The notes beneath the pieces are model-generated. The model saw only the letters and a program-made list of their open reading frames with translations. It searched no databases and had not been told where the DNA came from. DNA of 12,492 bases from Myxococcota bacterium (lineage in GTDB: Bacteria; Myxococcota_A; UBA9160; UBA4427), in assembly GCA_036336835.1 (NCBI GenBank), contig JAYZFK010000036.1:1-12492 (forward strand), given 5' to 3'. Each line of letters starts with the position of its first letter. Position 1 is the stretch's first letter. A program made the position numbers and the translations under genes. Positions 1 through 10,454 of this stretch are shown here, in pieces.

Positions 1-1518
1 CACACCCACCTCGATGCCCAGCTCTGCTGGGATCCCACGGCCTCTCCGTCCAACCTCCACGGCGTGACCAGCGTCGTGATGGGGCTGTGCGGCTTTGGCG
101 TCGCACCCTGCCCGAAGGACGGGGGCGAGTACCTGCTGCGCTCGCTCGAGGTCGTCGAGGAGATCCCGTACGCCTCGACGCGCGTCGGCGTTCCGTTCAG
201 CTGGTCGCACTGGTCGGAGTTCCGCGACCACCTCGCCGCGCAGCCGCTCGGCGTGAACGCGGCCGGCTTCGTCCCGCACTCGGCGCTGCGCTACCACGCG
301 ATGGGCGAGCGCGCCCGGGGCGAGCGGGCAACCCCGGCGGACCGCGACGCGATGCTGAGCGAGCTTCGCGCAGCCATTGCCGCGGGCGCCGTCGGGCTTG
401 CAACATCGCGCGGGCCCAATCACGTCGATGGCTACCACGAGCCGGTTCCGAGTCGCCACGCGGATGAGACCGAGCTGCGCGCGCTGGTCGGAGCCTGCAA
501 GGGGCGGATCTGGCAGATCAACGTCGAGACCAAGTTCAGTCACGACGCGAGCGCACTCACCAACGAGGTCGAGCGCTATGCCGCGTGGTCGGCAGAGGCG
601 CAGGCGACACTCACCTGGACACCGTTCCACGCCGAGCCGGGCGAGACCGTGTGGGAAGAGGTGCTGGCCCACAACCGGCGGCTCAACGAGGGGGCGCAGA
701 CGGTGGCGCCCCAGGTCACCGCCGTGCCGATCACGCTGCTGCTGCGTTTCGACGAGCGCTCCTTCCTGACCGCGGTCAACGGCTGGCAGCAACCGCTGAA
801 GGGCTTCTTCGAGCTCGATCCGGCCGGACGTCTGGCGCTGCTGCGCGACCCCGCGGTGCGTGACGCGCTGCGCCGCGGCCTCGGTAGCGGCGACCCGAAG
901 CACCCGCTCACGCCCGACTTCGAGCTCTGGAGCTTTGCGGTCTGTCCGTCTCGGCCCGCGCTGTCGGGGCTCAGCCTGTCGGAGGCCGCGGCCAGCGACC
1001 GCGTCGACCCGATCGATCTGCTGTGCGATCAAGTGATCGCAGACGAGCTCGCAACGCTGCTCGACGTTCCCGTCGCCAACCGCAGTCGCGAGGGGGCGGT
1101 GCGTTTCCTCGAGGATGAGAGCACGTTGCTCGGTCTCGGCGATTCGGGCGCCCACGTGATGAGCGTGACGAACTATCGCTACCCGACGTACCTGCTCGCC
1201 GAGCTCGTCTCGCGGCGCGAGGTACTCCCGGTCGAACTCGCGGTCAATCGCCTAACGCAGGTTCCGGCGCGGCTCCACGGACTCACCGGGCGGGGCGTGC
1301 TGGCGCCCGGCGCAGCCGCCGACGTCTGCGTGATCGATCGCGAGCGCCTGGCCCTGGCTCCCGTCGAGGTGCGCCACGATCTGCCCGGCGGTTCCCCGAG
1401 GCTCTTCCAGGCCGCGACGGGCTATCGCCGCGTGCTCGTCAACGGGCAGGTCACGATCGAGGACGATCGCCCTACGCAGACCAGGCCCGGCGTGATGCTT
1501 CGCGCATTCGAGAGCTAG
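1..1518 (+). CDS. N-acyl-D-amino-acid deacylase (D-aminoacylase) family amidohydrolase, 5'-truncated by the window edge
   Basis: Frame 1 is open from base 1 and reads HTHLDAQLCWDPTASPSNLHGVTSVVMGLCG. This contains the HxH metal motif, the HGVT motif and the metal-ligand Cys typical of the family, so the GTG at 64 is not the real start. The C-terminal part has GLGDSGAH, PARLHGLTGRGVLAPGAAADVCVID, DLPGGSPRL and VLVNG...PG. Stop TAG at 1516-1518. Substrate not determinable. Confidence 0.9.
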   Translation, partial: HTHLDAQLCWDPTASPSNLHGVTSVVMGLCGFGVAPCPKDGGEYLLRSLEVVEEIPYASTRVGVPFSWSHWSEFRDHLAAQPLGVNAAGFVPHSALRYHAMGERARGERATPADRDAMLSELRAAIAAGAVGLATSRGPNHVDGYHEPVPSRHADETELRALVGACKGRIWQINVETKFSHDASALTNEVERYAAWSAEAQATLTWTPFHAEPGETVWEEVLAHNRRLNEGAQTVAPQVTAVPITLLLRFDERSFLTAVNGWQQPLKGFFELDPAGRLALLRDPAVRDALRRGLGSGDPKHPLTPDFELWSFAVCPSRPALSGLSLSEAAASDRVDPIDLLCDQVIADELATLLDVPVANRSREGAVRFLEDESTLLGLGDSGAHVMSVTNYRYPTYLLAELVSRREVLPVELAVNRLTQVPARLHGLTGRGVLAPGAAADVCVIDRERLALAPVEVRHDLPGGSPRLFQAATGYRRVLVNGQVTIEDDRPTQTRPGVMLRAFES

Positions 1519-1637
1519 CCCGCAGCCCTCACAGGGCGAGTTGGCAACGACCCGGACGCTGCCTGCGGCGGTGGTCTCGAGCCGCGCAGCGCGGGCTGCC
1601 GATGGGATCGGGATCCGGCGTGGCGGGCAGACGCAAG

Positions 1638-1669
1638 AACGGCCGTAATCCCGAAAAATTACGGCCGTT
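1638..1669 (-). terminator. Intrinsic terminator-like hairpin downstream of tRNA-fMet, possibly bidirectional
   Basis: Perfect 12-bp inverted repeat AACGGCCGTAAT (1638-1649) / ATTACGGCCGTT (1658-1669). On the minus-strand RNA the 8-nt loop UUUUCGGG can close with two U-G pairs around a UUCG tetraloop. The U-tail is short (UUCUU). It lies 6 nt past the tRNA CCA end, between convergent transcription units. Confidence 0.8.
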
Positions 1670-1675
1670 TCCATG

Positions 1676-1752
<77 letters not shown>

Positions 1753-1766
1753 ACAAAGGGGGCGAA

Positions 1767-1795
1767 CTTATATCCGCCGCTCCCACGGGTGTCAA
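1767..1795 (-). promoter_or_regulatory. Sigma70-type promoter of tRNA-fMet
   Basis: Minus strand: TTGACA (1795-1790), a 17-nt spacer, then TATAAG (1772-1767). It is followed by the GC-rich discriminator-like TTCGCCCCC and lies 14 nt before the mature tRNA 5' end. Confidence 0.8.
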
Positions 1796-1834
1796 CGCCG
1801 CAAGCTGCCGGTAAGGTGCTTGCACCATTCACGC

Positions 1835-1878
1835 AATTTTCATCTAAATACTTGAAATAATTGAGGAATCATGCATTC
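1835..1878. promoter_or_regulatory. AT-rich intergenic block with an IHF-like site
   Basis: This is the most AT-rich stretch in the window. TAAATACTTGAAA (1845-1857) matches the reverse of the IHF consensus WATCAANNNNTTR with one mismatch. It lies between the divergent tRNA and the gene at 1946. Confidence 0.4.
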
Positions 1879-1945
1879 TACCAGCTCTGCTGGAGCGCTC
1901 TGGGATGCTGTAAATGCTGGGCTGTCGTAGCGGAGGCTGGACTTG

Positions 1946-2515
1946 ATGGCGTGGATTCTGCGTGGCTGGCTGGTGTTGGCCATCTCGATGATGTTCTCCG
2001 TTCCCGCCGTGGCGGGGACGGTCTACCAGTGGGTGACCGACGACGGTGTCTACGCCTACGCGGACGTGCTGAAGCGCATTCCCAAGCGATATCGATCGCA
2101 GGCCGAGAAGCGCTCGCTCGGTTCGCTCGAGAGCTATGAACGCTGGACACCCAGCGATCGCCGGGCGATGGGTACCTACGTCGGTCGTCTCGCGAGCAAC
2201 CTCGAGCGTCTGCGCGCGCTCAACCGATCGCTCGAGCCGATGGATCCGATGGGTACGCGTGCTCCGGTGCGTGTGCGCCTGAGCAACGGCGGCAGCGGCG
2301 CCGGGCTCGACATCCCGGTCGCGGGCGAGGGCCCCGTGGTGGTCGAGCAGCTGCACACGAAGCTGGGCAACGACCAGGCCACGCGCTCGATTTCGTTGGT
2401 GCGGCAGGGCGACAGCGTTGTCGCCATGATCATCGCTCAGGACAACGTCCGAGACGTCGATGGCGTCCCGGAAGAAGACCTCTGGGAGTCGCTCGCGGAA
2501 CGCCCGGCGTTCTGA
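1946..2515 (+). CDS. Exported hypothetical protein with a DUF4124-like N-terminal domain
   Basis: GGAGG at 1932-1936 precedes TTG (1943) and ATG (1946). Signal peptide ends AVA-G, followed by VYQWVTDDGVYAYAD...RIPKRYR, which resembles the DUF4124 pattern Y.W.D..G....D. Confidence 0.75.
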   Translation: MAWILRGWLVLAISMMFSVPAVAGTVYQWVTDDGVYAYADVLKRIPKRYRSQAEKRSLGSLESYERWTPSDRRAMGTYVGRLASNLERLRALNRSLEPMDPMGTRAPVRVRLSNGGSGAGLDIPVAGEGPVVVEQLHTKLGNDQATRSISLVRQGDSVVAMIIAQDNVRDVDGVPEEDLWESLAERPAF

Positions 2516-2572
2516 GCATCGCGCGGGGGCGCTTCTGGAGCCTCGGCCCGCCGCGATCGGCGCGGACGCGCT

Positions 2573-3019
2573 TCAGCGGGACGCGATCTCTCTTGCGATG
2601 CCGGGGAATTCGTCCTCGACCTGATAGCGCCAGCCGGGCGGCGGCTGTTCGACGCGCGCTCGCGCCTGGAATCTGTCGATCGCGTCGATCACAGCGGCCA
2701 GCTCTGCCCGCGAGTCCTCGATCGCCGTGCGCGCCTCGATCCGGGCATCCCCGCGGAGCCGGTGCCGCTTGCGCAGGGAGCGCCACGCGTTGCGGCTGAG
2801 CGCGGCGCGGTCGCGCGCGGTCAGGTAGCTCGAGAGCAGCCGGCGGTATTCGTTCTGCCAGCTCTTGCGCTCGGTTTCGCGCTCGTGCTCGATCGTGGTC
2901 GCTCGCAGGCTGCGCTCGTGCAACGAGACTGCCTCGGACTCGGCGGCGGCGCGCGGGGCGACCGACAGGCTCAGCGCGGCCAACACGGCCGACACGACGA
3001 GGGTGACGCCGGGCTGCAT
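2573..3019 (-). CDS. Exported helical/coiled-coil hypothetical protein (148 aa)
   Basis: Strong Shine-Dalgarno AAGGAGGTG (3032-3024) just before ATG at 3019, so the start is shortened from the track's 3139. Signal peptide MQPGVTLVVSAVLAALSLSVAPRAAA, a charged helical body, and a C-terminal ARVEQPPPGWRY motif. Confidence 0.75.
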   Translation of the reverse strand: MQPGVTLVVSAVLAALSLSVAPRAAAESEAVSLHERSLRATTIEHERETERKSWQNEYRRLLSSYLTARDRAALSRNAWRSLRKRHRLRGDARIEARTAIEDSRAELAAVIDAIDRFQARARVEQPPPGWRYQVEDEFPGIAREIASR

Positions 3020-3119
3020 GGAGCACCTCCTTCGAGGAACGCGAGCGAGAGAGCGCGGCCGATCGGCCGGTTCGCGGTTGGCGGTCACGATCGCCGTACC
3101 GTGCATCGCATCGGCGCGA

Positions 3120-3563
3120 CTACCGGCCCAGGGCCGCATCGAGACCCGAGAATGTCGAGCGGACGAACCAGTGGTTGCCGACGCCCGGGTCCCGATACCA
3201 CTGCTGGGTCTCGGTGATGGCGGCCTCGATTGGCGACACCGTCGTGTACGCGTAGTACGTCACCTCGACGGTGGCGCTCGCGAGGTCCGGCTCGACGGTG
3301 AGTGGCTTCGACTGGTACTCGGTGAAGCGAATCTCGCGGAAGTCGGGGAAGTTCGTGAGGTAGGCCCCACGCTGCTCGGGATCGACGAACTTCGAAGCCT
3401 TCTCGAAATCGCTCCAGCGCACCAGCACGGTGTAGCGGTGCTGCGCATCCTCGAGCGAGATCTCGCGCTGCAACGGGTCGTTCAAGCGGATCTCGCCGAA
3501 GGCGCAGGCGCCCATCGTTGCGGTCAGCAGTGCCGCGGCAAACGCGAGTCGAATTCGTCGCAT
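3120..3563 (-). CDS. Putative lipoprotein, function unknown (147 aa)
   Basis: GGAGG (3577-3573) precedes ATG at 3563. N-terminus MRRIRLAFAAALLTATMGA-C20 has a basic n-region, a hydrophobic h-region and a lipobox-like Cys. The mature part (RWSDFEKASKFVDP...ATVEVTY...EQWY-like TQQWY) has globular-protein composition. Confidence 0.8.
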   Translation of the reverse strand: MRRIRLAFAAALLTATMGACAFGEIRLNDPLQREISLEDAQHRYTVLVRWSDFEKASKFVDPEQRGAYLTNFPDFREIRFTEYQSKPLTVEPDLASATVEVTYYAYTTVSPIEAAITETQQWYRDPGVGNHWFVRSTFSGLDAALGR

Positions 3564-3722
3564 GTGTCGATTCCTCCGTGGCGGCGTCGATGCGGGCCGG
3601 GCGCTCGCAGCGTGCGAGCAGGCCTGTTCGCACGTCCCGGCGCAGCAACCCGTTTCCGCTACGTCGCGACTCATCGGACGGCCGAGGTGTTCGCTGGAGT
3701 CCGTGCCGGAGGCGTTGGGCGC

Positions 3723-3733
3723 TGTGATAGCTT
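3723..3733 (+). promoter_or_regulatory. Possible extended -10 promoter for the ROK gene
   Basis: TGTG-A-TAGCTT fits TRTGnTAnnnT and lies about 45 nt upstream of the proposed ROK start. No good -35 seen. Confidence 0.4.
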
Positions 3734-3777
3734 CGCCGCGGTTCCGCTCCCACCCGAATCACCCCCGCGGAGGCGCC

Positions 3778-4746
3778 TTGGGCGATCTGTTGCTCGGACT
3801 GGACATCGGCGGGACGAAGACCGCGTTCGTGCTCGTCGACACGCGCGGCCAGATCCTGGCGCGCGCCCGCCGTCCGACCCGCCTGTGCGGGGATCCGCGC
3901 GCGGATGTGGACGACATGGCGGCCGGGGCGCTCGCGCTGCTGGCCGAGGCCGGGGCCGGACAGGGCGATCTGGCAGGTGCCGGCGCCGCGGTTCCCGGCC
4001 CCCTCGATCGTGCCGCCGGCCTGCTGCTGCAGCCGCCCAACATGCCCGGCTGGGACGTCGTGCCGGTGGCCGAATGGCTCGGGCAGGCTTTCGGCTGTCC
4101 TGTGGCGCTCGAGAACGATGCCAACGCCGCCGCGCTCGCCGAGCACCGCTTCGGCGCCGGACGCGGCTATGACGACCTCGTCTATCTCACGATGTCCACC
4201 GGCGTCGGAGCCGGCGTCGTGGCCGGAGGCCGGGTCCAGCGAGGCGCCGGCGGCGGCGCTGGCGAGATTGGCCACGTGCCCGTCGAGTGGCCTGGCGAGC
4301 CGTGCCGCTGCGGGATGACCGGCTGCCTCGAGGCCTATGTCGGGGGTGCGTGCCTCGAACGCCGACTCGTGCGCCGGACGCCGCCGGCCAGCAAGCTCGC
4401 GGAGCTCGCGGGAGGGCGCGAAGCTGCGAGGCCCGAGCACCTGGTCGAGGCCGCGCGTGCCGGCTGCGAGTTCGCGCTCGCGGAGATGGATCGGTTCAAC
4501 GATTATCTGGCCCGCGGGATCGTGCAGATCGCCTTCACGCTCGATCCGGGGGTGATCGTGCTCGGCACGATCTGCGTCGCAGCGGGCGAGGATCTCTGCT
4601 TCGCGCCGCTGCGCCGCAAGGCCCGGGCGCGTCTGTGGCCGGACTTCGCCGAACGCCTGACGATCGTACCGGCCGCCCTCGGCGACGAGCTTCCGTACCG
4701 CGCGGCCGCCTGCGCGGCGCTCGGCGGTCTGACCCGAGACGCCTAG
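3778..4746 (+). CDS. ROK family sugar kinase (glucokinase/N-acetylhexosamine kinase-like)
   Basis: GGAGG (3769-3773) precedes an in-frame TTG at 3778, directly before LLGLDIGGTK (phosphate-1 motif). Also has LENDANAAALAE, STGVGAG, AGEIGH and the Zn motif CRCGMTGCLEAY. There is no N-terminal HTH, so it is a kinase rather than a repressor. Confidence 0.92.
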   Translation: MGDLLLGLDIGGTKTAFVLVDTRGQILARARRPTRLCGDPRADVDDMAAGALALLAEAGAGQGDLAGAGAAVPGPLDRAAGLLLQPPNMPGWDVVPVAEWLGQAFGCPVALENDANAAALAEHRFGAGRGYDDLVYLTMSTGVGAGVVAGGRVQRGAGGGAGEIGHVPVEWPGEPCRCGMTGCLEAYVGGACLERRLVRRTPPASKLAELAGGREAARPEHLVEAARAGCEFALAEMDRFNDYLARGIVQIAFTLDPGVIVLGTICVAAGEDLCFAPLRRKARARLWPDFAERLTIVPAALGDELPYRAAACAALGGLTRDA

Positions 4747-4752
4747 CAACGA

Positions 4753-6936
<2,184 letters not shown>

Positions 6937-6947
<11 letters not shown>

Positions 6948-8277
6948 CGACCGGCCCCTGCGCGGTCGGCGGGTCTGCCGGCTGCCCGTCTGCAGCGACG
7001 AGTCGCTCGAGCAGGGGGCTCTCGCCGTCCGCCGTCGCGTCCGCCATCGAGTCGTAGGAGAAGAAGGCGTGGTGCCTCAGTCCGGCCCGCCGGGCGATTG
7101 CCAGCTGCACCAGGGCGCCCACCGGACGCGAAGCGAACAGCCAGGTGCCGAGGCCTGCCCAGATGCGATCGGTCTCGCGTGCGCTGGCGAACCGCTCGGC
7201 CTGATAGCGCAGCAGCCGGTCGTCGAGCGTGTAGATCATGGGCACCGCGAAGTCGAGGGATCCGTCCTCGAGCCAGCGAAGCCAGTCTTGCGCGAGCGTC
7301 AGGTAGGCGCGATCGACATAGGCAATCACGGCCGCCGAGATCTCGATCGCAGGGACGAGCTCGCGCGACCGGCTGGCAATCGCCGCGACCAGCTCGCTCA
7401 CCTGATCGCGCCGCCAGGTCTCCCAGCGCGACAGGTTCACCATCGCGTCTCCCGTCGGTGCGTGCAGCGACGTCTCCAGCTCGAAGCGTGCGCGGGTGCC
7501 TTCGCCGTAGCCGAAGTCGAGCCCCACGCCGAAGCGCGGGCCTGGCGTCAGCGGGAGCACGGCGGGATGCCGGATGTAGTCGAGATGAAGGCCGTCGAGC
7601 GCGGGATAGCCTGCCAGTAGCTCCGCGAAGCTGGCGACCAGGTGCTCGCGCACGCCCGGCGCGCCCGGGTCGAGATACAGCCCGGTCGTTCCCATGCGGT
7701 ACCACTGGCGGTCGGGCTCGGGTACCTCGTAGTCGGGATAGTCGAGCAGCGAGCGGCCGCGGCGATCCACCAGGACCGCGTCGCGGCCGAGCGCGCGAAG
7801 CACCGGCGCGCCGCGGTTGCGTGCGAGCGACAGCACGTTGACCCAGGCGTGGACGCGCAGGCCGATCTCGTGGGCGCGGTCGATCAGCAGCTGGAGCGTG
7901 TCGGCGCCCGTCGTGGCGACGATCGTCCGGTAGGGTGCGGCATCTGCGAGCTCTGACGCGTACCAGGCTCGCCCGCCGCGGAAGACCTGCACGAACAGGT
8001 CGGTCGCAGCCAGGCGCTGGGCATCCTCGAGCAGCGTCTCGATCCGCAGTGGATCCTCGAGCACGCGCTGTGATCCCTCACAGAGCACCCAGAGCGCGCG
8101 TCGAGCCGGAGCCGGGGGGGTGCTCGGCGCGGCTTGCGGTGGCCCCAGCGGGGGAGCCGGGGATTCGGGCGGCGTGCTGGTGGATCCCCCGTCGCCGCAC
8201 CCGGTGACCCGGAGCAGTAATGTGACGACCACACTCAGGTGAGCGAACGAGCGGGCGATAACGCTTCGAGAGGGCAA
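6937..8277 (-). CDS. Glycosyl hydrolase-like 10 (GHL10/UPF0748, YddW/DigH-like) putative lipoprotein
   Basis: Motifs LFVQV..GG.AWY.S, LIDRAHEIGLRVHAWVN, YLDPG.PGVREHL, LDGLHLDYIRHP and QDW.RWLE.G.LDF.VPMIY. N-terminal hydrophobic stretch ends VTG-C27 and is followed by a Pro-rich linker. The TTG start has no clear SD, so it is uncertain. The 3' end overlaps queA by 11 nt. Confidence 0.85.
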
Positions 8278-8329
8278 ATCGGGCCAACCCTACCGGAGGG
8301 GGGTGGCGGTCGCACTCGGGGGAGCGTGT

Positions 8330-8357
8330 TTGACAGGGTTCGGCTCTCGCGCAAACT
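8330..8357 (+). promoter_or_regulatory. Possible sigma70-type promoter for the slt-pfkB unit
   Basis: TTGACA (8330-8335), a 16-nt spacer, then CAAACT (8352-8357), upstream of the SD and GTG at 8381. Confidence 0.5.
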
Positions 8358-8380
8358 CACTTCCGTGCAAGGGAGGGAGA

Positions 8381-10441
8381 GTGGGCCACAAGGATCCCGG
8401 CCGATGCCGTGGGCGCCGCAGCCGCCGGGATGTGGGTCTGCTCGCGTGCGCGCTGCTGTTGTCCGTGGCCAGCGTGCCGTCGTTCGATGCCTCCAGCGAG
8501 GCACCGCGGCGCACGTCCGAGGCCGCCGCGCGATTGCGCGCAGCCCGCCACGCGCGCGTGGCAGGCGAGCTCGATCGAGCGGCCGAACTGCTGGCGGAGG
8601 TAGCCCGAGACCACCCGGTCGTGGCCGACCACGCGAGCGCGCTGCAGGCCGAGGTTCTGACCGAAGCCGGCGAGCCGGGGCAGGCGGTTGCCGTCCTGCT
8701 CGAAGCGATCGCCGCGTACCCCGAGTCGAACCTGCGCGCAGTGCTGTTTCGTGCGCTCGGTGCGGCCCGACTCGAGTTCGGTGACGAGGGCGGCGCTCGC
8801 GCCGCCTGGGACGCGGCACTGCGCGCCCACGATCGCGATGTCGCGCCCGAGCTGATGCTGGCGCTGGCCGAGTCGCACGAGCGCAACGGCGAGAGCGAAG
8901 AAGCGTTTGCGCGCTACCGCGAACTGTGGCTCACCTTCCCGACGAGCGAGCAGGCCGAGCGCGCGGGTCGGCAGCTCGCCGCGCTCGAAGCGGACGACCC
9001 CGGGCGAGTGCTCGAGGCGGAGGACTGGCGGCGACGCGGCGATCGGCTGTTCCGGGCCCATCACAACGAGGAGGCGCTTGCGAGCTACGACACGGCGCTC
9101 GAGCGCGGTCTGTCCGAGAGCAAGGCTCGGCGTGCCGGCTATCGGCGCGCGCACGCGCTGTTTCGGATGCGCCGCTACGCCGAGGCGGTCGAGGCCTTCG
9201 GGGCGCTGCCCGATAGCGCCGAGCACCGACTCTGGTCCGCGCGATCGCTGGCCCGGGCGGGGCGCGTCCCCGAATCGATCGAGGCGTTCGAGGCGCTGGC
9301 GAATGACGACCGTGGAGCGATCGGGCTGCGCGCGAGCTTCCTTGCAGGGCTACTGCTCGACGGCCGTGAGCTGCACGACGAGGCGGTGGCGCACTTCGAG
9401 CGCGTGGCCTCGAGCCGGCGCCACCTGAGACTCGCCAACGGCGCCCTGTGGCGGCTCGCCTGGAGCGAGTACCGGGACGGAGACTTCGAGACGGCCTTGC
9501 CTCGGCTCGAGCGGCTGATCGAGATCGAGGAGGATCCGATCGATGCGTTGCGCTGGCGCTACTGGCGAGCGCGCTCTCTCGAGGCCCTCGGCCGTCCGGA
9601 GGGCGCGCGCGAGTTCGCGCAGATCGCGGCCCACTACCCCTTCACCTACTACGGCTGGCGCGCGAGCTCCAGGGCCAACGGCGCGGTCGGAGATGCGCGA
9701 GCGGCAGAGCGGAAGTTCCAACCGGGCAAGCGCCAGCTCTCGGCGCGCTCGCTGGAGCGGGCGCGGATCTTGATCTCAGCGGGCTACCCCGAGATGGCAG
9801 GCCGCGAGCTGCAACGGCTGGCCGGCTCCGCCCGCAGCCTGGCCGAGCGCCTCGAACTCGCCCAGTTGCTGAGCGATGCTGGCGACTTCCATGCGGCACA
9901 GCGAATCGTCGTCGATGCACACGTCAACGATCTCGCTCGCGGACCCACGCCGCGCAACGAGGATCTGTGGTGGCATGCCTGGCCAACCGCCTACGACGAC
10001 GAGGTGGCGCGGGCTACGGCTCAGCCGGGCGCCGTCGGGCGCGAGCTGGTCTACGCGATCATGCGTGAGGAGAGCGGCTACCGACCGGAGGTGCTCTCCG
10101 TGTCCGGTGCCTACGGCCTGATGCAGATCATGCCCGAGACGGCCAAGCGACTGGCGCGCGACACTGGCCGGGCGCAGTTCGTCGCCAAGGACCTGCTTCG
10201 GCCCGGAGTGAACGTCGCACTCGGCGCCTGGTATCTGGGCGAGCTCGGCGCGCGCTTCCCGCAGCGGATCTCGGCAGCGATCGCCAGCTACAACGCCGGA
10301 CCGGAGGCGGTCGAGAGCTGGCTGGTCGATGATCCGACGCGGCTCGACGACGAGTGGGTCGAGGCAATTCCGTACGACCAGACCCGGAGCTACGTCAAGC
10401 GGGTACTTCGCAGCCTGCACGCGTATCGCGTGCTGTATTGA
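8381..10441 (+). CDS. Slt70-like lytic transglycosylase with an N-terminal TPR/helical-repeat region
   Basis: C-terminal SLT domain has AIMREESGY (catalytic Glu), SGAYGLMQIMP, NVALGAWYL, AIASYNAGP and EAIPYDQTRSYVKRV. It is preceded by long Ala/Leu/Arg-rich TPR-like helices with YWRAR and YPFTYYG. Start placed at GTG 8381, after AAGGGAGG and before a signal-peptide-like segment, rather than at 8303. Confidence 0.92.
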   Translation: MGHKDPGRCRGRRSRRDVGLLACALLLSVASVPSFDASSEAPRRTSEAAARLRAARHARVAGELDRAAELLAEVARDHPVVADHASALQAEVLTEAGEPGQAVAVLLEAIAAYPESNLRAVLFRALGAARLEFGDEGGARAAWDAALRAHDRDVAPELMLALAESHERNGESEEAFARYRELWLTFPTSEQAERAGRQLAALEADDPGRVLEAEDWRRRGDRLFRAHHNEEALASYDTALERGLSESKARRAGYRRAHALFRMRRYAEAVEAFGALPDSAEHRLWSARSLARAGRVPESIEAFEALANDDRGAIGLRASFLAGLLLDGRELHDEAVAHFERVASSRRHLRLANGALWRLAWSEYRDGDFETALPRLERLIEIEEDPIDALRWRYWRARSLEALGRPEGAREFAQIAAHYPFTYYGWRASSRANGAVGDARAAERKFQPGKRQLSARSLERARILISAGYPEMAGRELQRLAGSARSLAERLELAQLLSDAGDFHAAQRIVVDAHVNDLARGPTPRNEDLWWHAWPTAYDDEVARATAQPGAVGRELVYAIMREESGYRPEVLSVSGAYGLMQIMPETAKRLARDTGRAQFVAKDLLRPGVNVALGAWYLGELGARFPQRISAAIASYNAGPEAVESWLVDDPTRLDDEWVEAIPYDQTRSYVKRVLRSLHAYRVLY

Positions 10442-10454
10442 TAGCTTCCCGGTC

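Noticed and set aside
2518..2557. Imperfect GC-rich hairpin between convergent genes (ATCGCGCGGG...CCCGCCGCGAT)
   Set aside because: It is bulged and has no U-tract on either strand. It could aid termination but is not distinguishable from chance at this GC content.
3603..3619. Hairpin GCTCGCA-GCG-TGCGAGC in the divergent spacer, considered as a riboswitch or operator
   Set aside because: Only a 7-bp stem, with no recognisable riboswitch consensus (no preQ1-like motif) and no second copy noticed.
3562..3777. N-terminal extension of the ROK ORF considered as a repressor HTH
   Set aside because: It has no HTH character and spans the divergent promoter region. A good SD with TTG at 3778 explains the gene.
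3085..4749. 554-aa minus-strand ORF and the 435-aa plus-strand ORF at 2865-4172
   Set aside because: Shadow frames of the ROK and lipoprotein genes. They are Arg/Ala/Gly-rich with no motifs, as expected in high-GC DNA.
8408..8445. Possible twin-arginine signal (SRRDVGLL) in the transglycosylase
   Set aside because: It lacks the FLK part of the Tat consensus, and Arg pairs are common in high-GC n-regions.
10371..10400. QTRSYV instead of the usual ETRxYV in the SLT domain
   Set aside because: A single conservative change. The catalytic Glu, GLMQ and YNAG motifs are intact, so there is no case for inactivation.
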